From positions 320,001 to 384,000 of the forward strand of contig CAWHCF010000022.1 of the NCBI GenBank assembly GCA_963827655.1: a DNA stretch of 64,000 nucleotides, written 5' to 3'. Source of the stretch: an uncultured Acidobacteriota bacterium (lineage in GTDB: Bacteria; Acidobacteriota; UBA6911). The notes below the pieces were generated by a model, which worked only from the letters and a program-made list of their open reading frames with translations, was not told where the DNA came from and did no database searches. Numbering within the stretch: position 1 is the stretch's first letter; every line of letters starts with the position of its first letter. A program made the position numbers and the translations under genes. Shown here one piece after another: positions 60,024 to 64,000 of this stretch.

Positions 60024-61761
60024 CAAATGGCGGACTTCCACGTACAGGACTCCGACCTTGTCCTGGTCCTGTTGGATCCAGGCTTCAAGACGCCCGGGAC
60101 CGGCCGGAAGGCGCACGCCGGAAAATGAATGCTTGCTCATCCCTGATTTCACGATCGCGTCACGCGTCACGCCCTGGAAGGCGAAATGGACATTAGCCGG
60201 AGTTTCCGGCGAAGCAAATTCGAGAGTGATCTGGTAGCTGCCCTCCTTCGCAACATGGACTTCCCAATACCCCAGACTCTTGGGCGTCCAGCTGGCGCTC
60301 GGACCGCGCCAGTCCTGGCGGGTGAGGATTGACCGGATTCTCGCGCGGGGAGCCCAGATGAATTCGGGGCGGAGCATAGCCTCTCGAAGCGCTGACATCT
60401 CGAAACCACGCCTCGTACCCCTGGCGCAGGCTTTTGACGATATCGGGGTGCCCGCCGGCGATGTTCTTGAGCTCGAACGGATCTGCGGCAATGTCGTAGA
60501 GCTCCAGGGCCGCGTTGGGCGGCGCGGCACGCTCCCCTGCGCCCAGGGGCTGAACGAGTTTGAAGCGCTGCGACTGCACGGCAAAAGAGCGGTAGAGTTC
60601 GGGCTGGTCTCCCCGGTGCCATTGGACATACAACGTGCGGTCCGGCCAGTTCTCGGTCTTCCCGAGCAACAGCGGTTGCAGGCTCGCGCCGTCAAAGGAA
60701 ACGCCTGGCGGCCGGCTAATCCCGCACAGCTCGAGAAGCGTCGGGGCCACGTCGATGTGGGCCGCGATGCGATCTACCTTCAGTCCCTCCTGGAGCCTTC
60801 CCGGCCAGCGCACGAAAAAGGGCACGCGAATTCCGCCCTCGTAGACACTCCCCTTTCGATCGCGCAAGCCGCTGTTGTAGCGAACCTGCTGGGGCCCGTT
60901 GTCCGTCATGAAGAGCACGATCGTATCGCCCGATAGCTTCAAACTCTCCAGTCTCTGGAACAGCCGCCCGAGGTTGTCGTCGATATTGGTGATCATGCCG
61001 TAGATCCGGGCCGTCTCATCGTGCGAGGGGTCCCTCGGCAGCGGTTGGCCGATTGCCGGGAATTCACCGGAAGCAAGATTCATCCGGCTATAGGGAAGAT
61101 AATCCTGTTCCGATACTTGCAGCGGCGTGTGCGGACAGTTGAAGGCAAGATAGGCGAAGAACGGCTTCTCTCCGGATTCCTCGATGAACTTCATCGTGGC
61201 ATCCGTGAAAGCGTTCGTGCAGTAACCCTTCGCCCGCACCGTGGTCCCGTTGTGCTGCAGCAGAGGATCGAAGTAACTCCCGCCTCCCGGAGGATCGGAC
61301 GGTTGACCGATGCCACCCCCTTTGTGTACCAGAGACTCCTGGAAACCCTGATCGATCGGGCGCATCGGGTAGTTGTCTCCCAGGTGCCATTTTCCGAATA
61401 TTCCGGTTCGATAGCCCGCCGCCGCCATCATCTCCGCCAGCGTGACCTCCTCCGGGTGCATCATCGCGCGTCCCAGATAGGTATCGACAACTCCGGTTCG
61501 GTAGTTGTAGCGGCCCGTCATGAGGCTCGCGCGTGTCGGCGCGCACACCGGTGACACATAGAAACGCTGGAACTGCACGCTCTCACGGGCGAACTTGTCG
61601 AGCTGCGGCGTTCGGATCTTCGGGTTTCCATGAAACCCAAGGTCCCCGTGCCCCTGGTCGTCTGTGATGATCAGAAGGACATTGGGGCGCTTGGGAACTT
61701 GCGCCCGGGAGAATGTGACGGATACAAAAAACAGAAGGAACCAATAGACCAGTCGCGGCAT
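60018..61761 (-). CDS. Arylsulfatase with C-terminal beta-sandwich; frameshift near 60330
   Basis: [22 protein letters not shown] and YEGGIRVP; continues LTRQDWRG in ORF 60018-60695. Confidence 0.85.
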
Positions 61762-61908
61762 TCGAGCGCTCCTTTCATTGCGATTTATACTGTATCAATG
61801 ACGAGTATCTTCCTTCGTTTTTTTCTTTTTTCCTTAGTCTTTAGTCTTTTGTCTTTGTTACACTAGCGCCACCCTAGCATCGCGGACCTCATTCAGACGG
61901 AGGATAAC

Positions 61909-64000
61909 ATGCAGATTTCTTCGCGCGGCCTCCCAAGCGCGCTGTTTTGCCTGCTGGTGCTTTCGCTGTCAGTATCCAACCTTCCGGCCCAAACCCAAGG
62001 CGAAATTACCGGTGTGATCCGCGACGCGAGCGGCGGCGTGATTCCGGGAGCGACGGTCACAGTCATCAACCCGGCTACGAACTTCACCCGGACGGCTGTC
62101 AGCAACGAGGCCGGCGTCTATAATTTCCCGTCTCTCCAGCCGGGGAAATACAATCTCAAAGTGGAGATGTCCGGCTTCCGCACCGTCACACGAAACGATG
62201 TCGAGCTCCAGGTACAGCAATCGGCGCGCCTCGACTTCGCCATGGAAGTGGGGGCGGTGAGCGAAATCATTGAAGTATCCGGCACCACGGCTCTGATAGC
62301 CTCGGAGAATGCGACGGTCGGCACCGTGATCGATAACCAGCGCATCGTAGACATGCCGCTCAACGGGCGCAACTTCCTGCAGCTGGTGTCGGCCAGTCCG
62401 CACACGAGCCAGGGCTTCAGCAGCGCCGGGCAGGCCGGGTCGCGGCAGGGGGGCACGCGCTCAACCCAGAACATTGCGATCGCGGGCCAGCGCAGCATGT
62501 TCAATCGGTTTACCCTCGACGGAGTCGAGAATACCGACGTCAACTTCAACACCTACGTGATCCTGCCCTCGATCGACGCGCTGCAGGAGTTCAAGGTCCA
62601 GACCGGCGTCTTCCCGGCCGAGTTCGGCCGAGCGACCAGCCAGATCAATGTCTCGACCAAGTCAGGAACCAATAGTTTTCATGGCGCGCTGTTCGAGTTC
62701 CACCGCAATGACAAGATCGACGCCAAGCAGTACGCCTTCACCTCCAACCGCCCGCCAAAGGATCCCTTCAAGTGGAACCAGTATGGCTTTACGGTGGGCG
62801 GTCCGATCTGGATCCCGAAGGTCTTCAACGGCCGCAACCGGCTCTTCTTCATGACGAATTTCGAGGGGTTCCGCGAGCGCCGCGCGACCCAGGGCTTCTT
62901 CACCGTGCCGTCGGCGGCCATGCGCGAGGGCAATTTCTCGGAAATCTCGACCCCCATCTTATGACCCGCTCGCCCGAACGACCCAGTTCCCCGGGAACAT
63001 CATCCCAAGGAACCGGATCCACCCAACCTCGCGTCGACCTGCTGGAGTTCTACCCGGCGCCGAACGTCAACACCGGAAGCCTGGTGTCAAATCATCAGAA
63101 TGCCCGGAACAACCGGACCGACAAGGACCAGTTCATCGTGCGCATCGACTTTGTCGAGAACGCGAAATCAAACTGGTTCGGACGCTACAGTTTCGGGGAC
63201 GAGGAACAGATCAATCCGAATTTCTACCTTAACGGCTCCAAGCTGCTGACCAATGTCGATCAGGCGATGATCGGTAACACGCGGGTGTTCTCGCCTTCGG
63301 TGGTCAACGAGTTCCGCGCCGGCTATAACTACTTCTTCAATAGCCTGGGGCGCGAGCTCGCCAATGAGCGCGACGTGGTTTCGGAACTGGATATCCCCGG
63401 CATCTCGACGGCGCCGCCGATTGCCTGGGGAATCCCGAGCGTCAGCGTCCAGGGATTCGCCGGCTTCGGCGACGACTCCGAAGGGCCGTACGTCAATAAG
63501 AACCACCTGTACCAGTTCGTGGATAACCTATCCTGGACGCGCGGCAAGCACTCGCTGCGCTTCGGATTCGAGATCCGGAACGACCAGTATAACCAGATCG
63601 GAAACCAGTTCGCGCGGGGGGCGTTCCTTTTCGAGGCCAACGCCACCACTAGCCCGGGCGCAGCGATTCCGGGTGGTTATGGATTTGCTGACTTCCTCCT
63701 CGGCTACTGCAAGCGCTGCGAGGCTTCGGTAGCGCTCGCGGAGGCGCATTTCCGGGCCACGAGCCAGTACTGGTACGTCGACGATACCTGGAAGATCCAC
63801 CCCAAGGTGACACTCAATCTCGGGCTGCGCTACGAGTTCACCCCGACCTGGTTTGACACCAACGGAACCCTGGTGAATGCGCATATTCCGGCCTTCGACA
63901 ACACTGCCGAACGTCCAGGACCTCAGCCGCCACCCGACACTGGTCCGGATCGGGAGCGGCGATTTCTACGAGAACATCCCGCTGCGCTTCAACCCGGCGA
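61909..64000 (+). CDS. TonB-dependent receptor (Oar-like), runs off the window; frameshifts near 62960, 63038 and 63907
   Basis: Signal peptide, PLNGRNF and STKSGTNSFHG; later frames give YDPL..FPGN and DDTWKIHPKVTLNLGLRYE. Confidence 0.85.

Noticed and set aside
4650-63910. About a dozen frameshifts read as pseudogenes or programmed frameshifting
   Set aside because: Single-base indels scattered through otherwise undecayed genes, including coxB in an intact operon; the pattern fits long-read consensus errors

Overview
GC-rich bacterial chromosomal window, probably Acidobacteriota (inferred from Oar-like carboxypeptidase-regulatory/TonB-dependent receptors, Cys-type sulfatases and PHP-fold secreted hydrolases). 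It has about 55 coding regions. These include two TonB-dependent receptors, three secreted PHP-fold metallohydrolases (two are close paralogs), RecQ, beta-oxidation genes, arsR-arsM, three type II toxin-antitoxin pairs, a zinc-ribbon RNase HI, a GMC dehydrogenase pair, FGE plus three sulfatases, a di-heme peroxidase, an FHA-GAF histidine kinase, uppS with a regulator, a heme-copper oxidase operon, moaA and two multiheme cytochromes. About a dozen single-base frameshifts in otherwise intact genes most likely reflect long-read consensus errors. No rRNA, tRNA, CRISPR array or intact transposase was recognised. The most striking signal is non-coding. Many intergenic gaps carry short tandem-repeat arms of 7-bp period (at least six different heptamer sequences) or 9-bp period, often as inverted pairs and often starting at a stop codon. 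One heptamer pair encloses a decayed four-helix-bundle (23S-IVP/Avd-like) gene. One 9-mer pair exactly brackets arsR-arsM. Repeat elements mark both junctions of a block that appears to split a beta-oxidation operon. A 233-bp MITE with TAA target duplication is also present. All family assignments come from motif recognition by eye; no database search was run.
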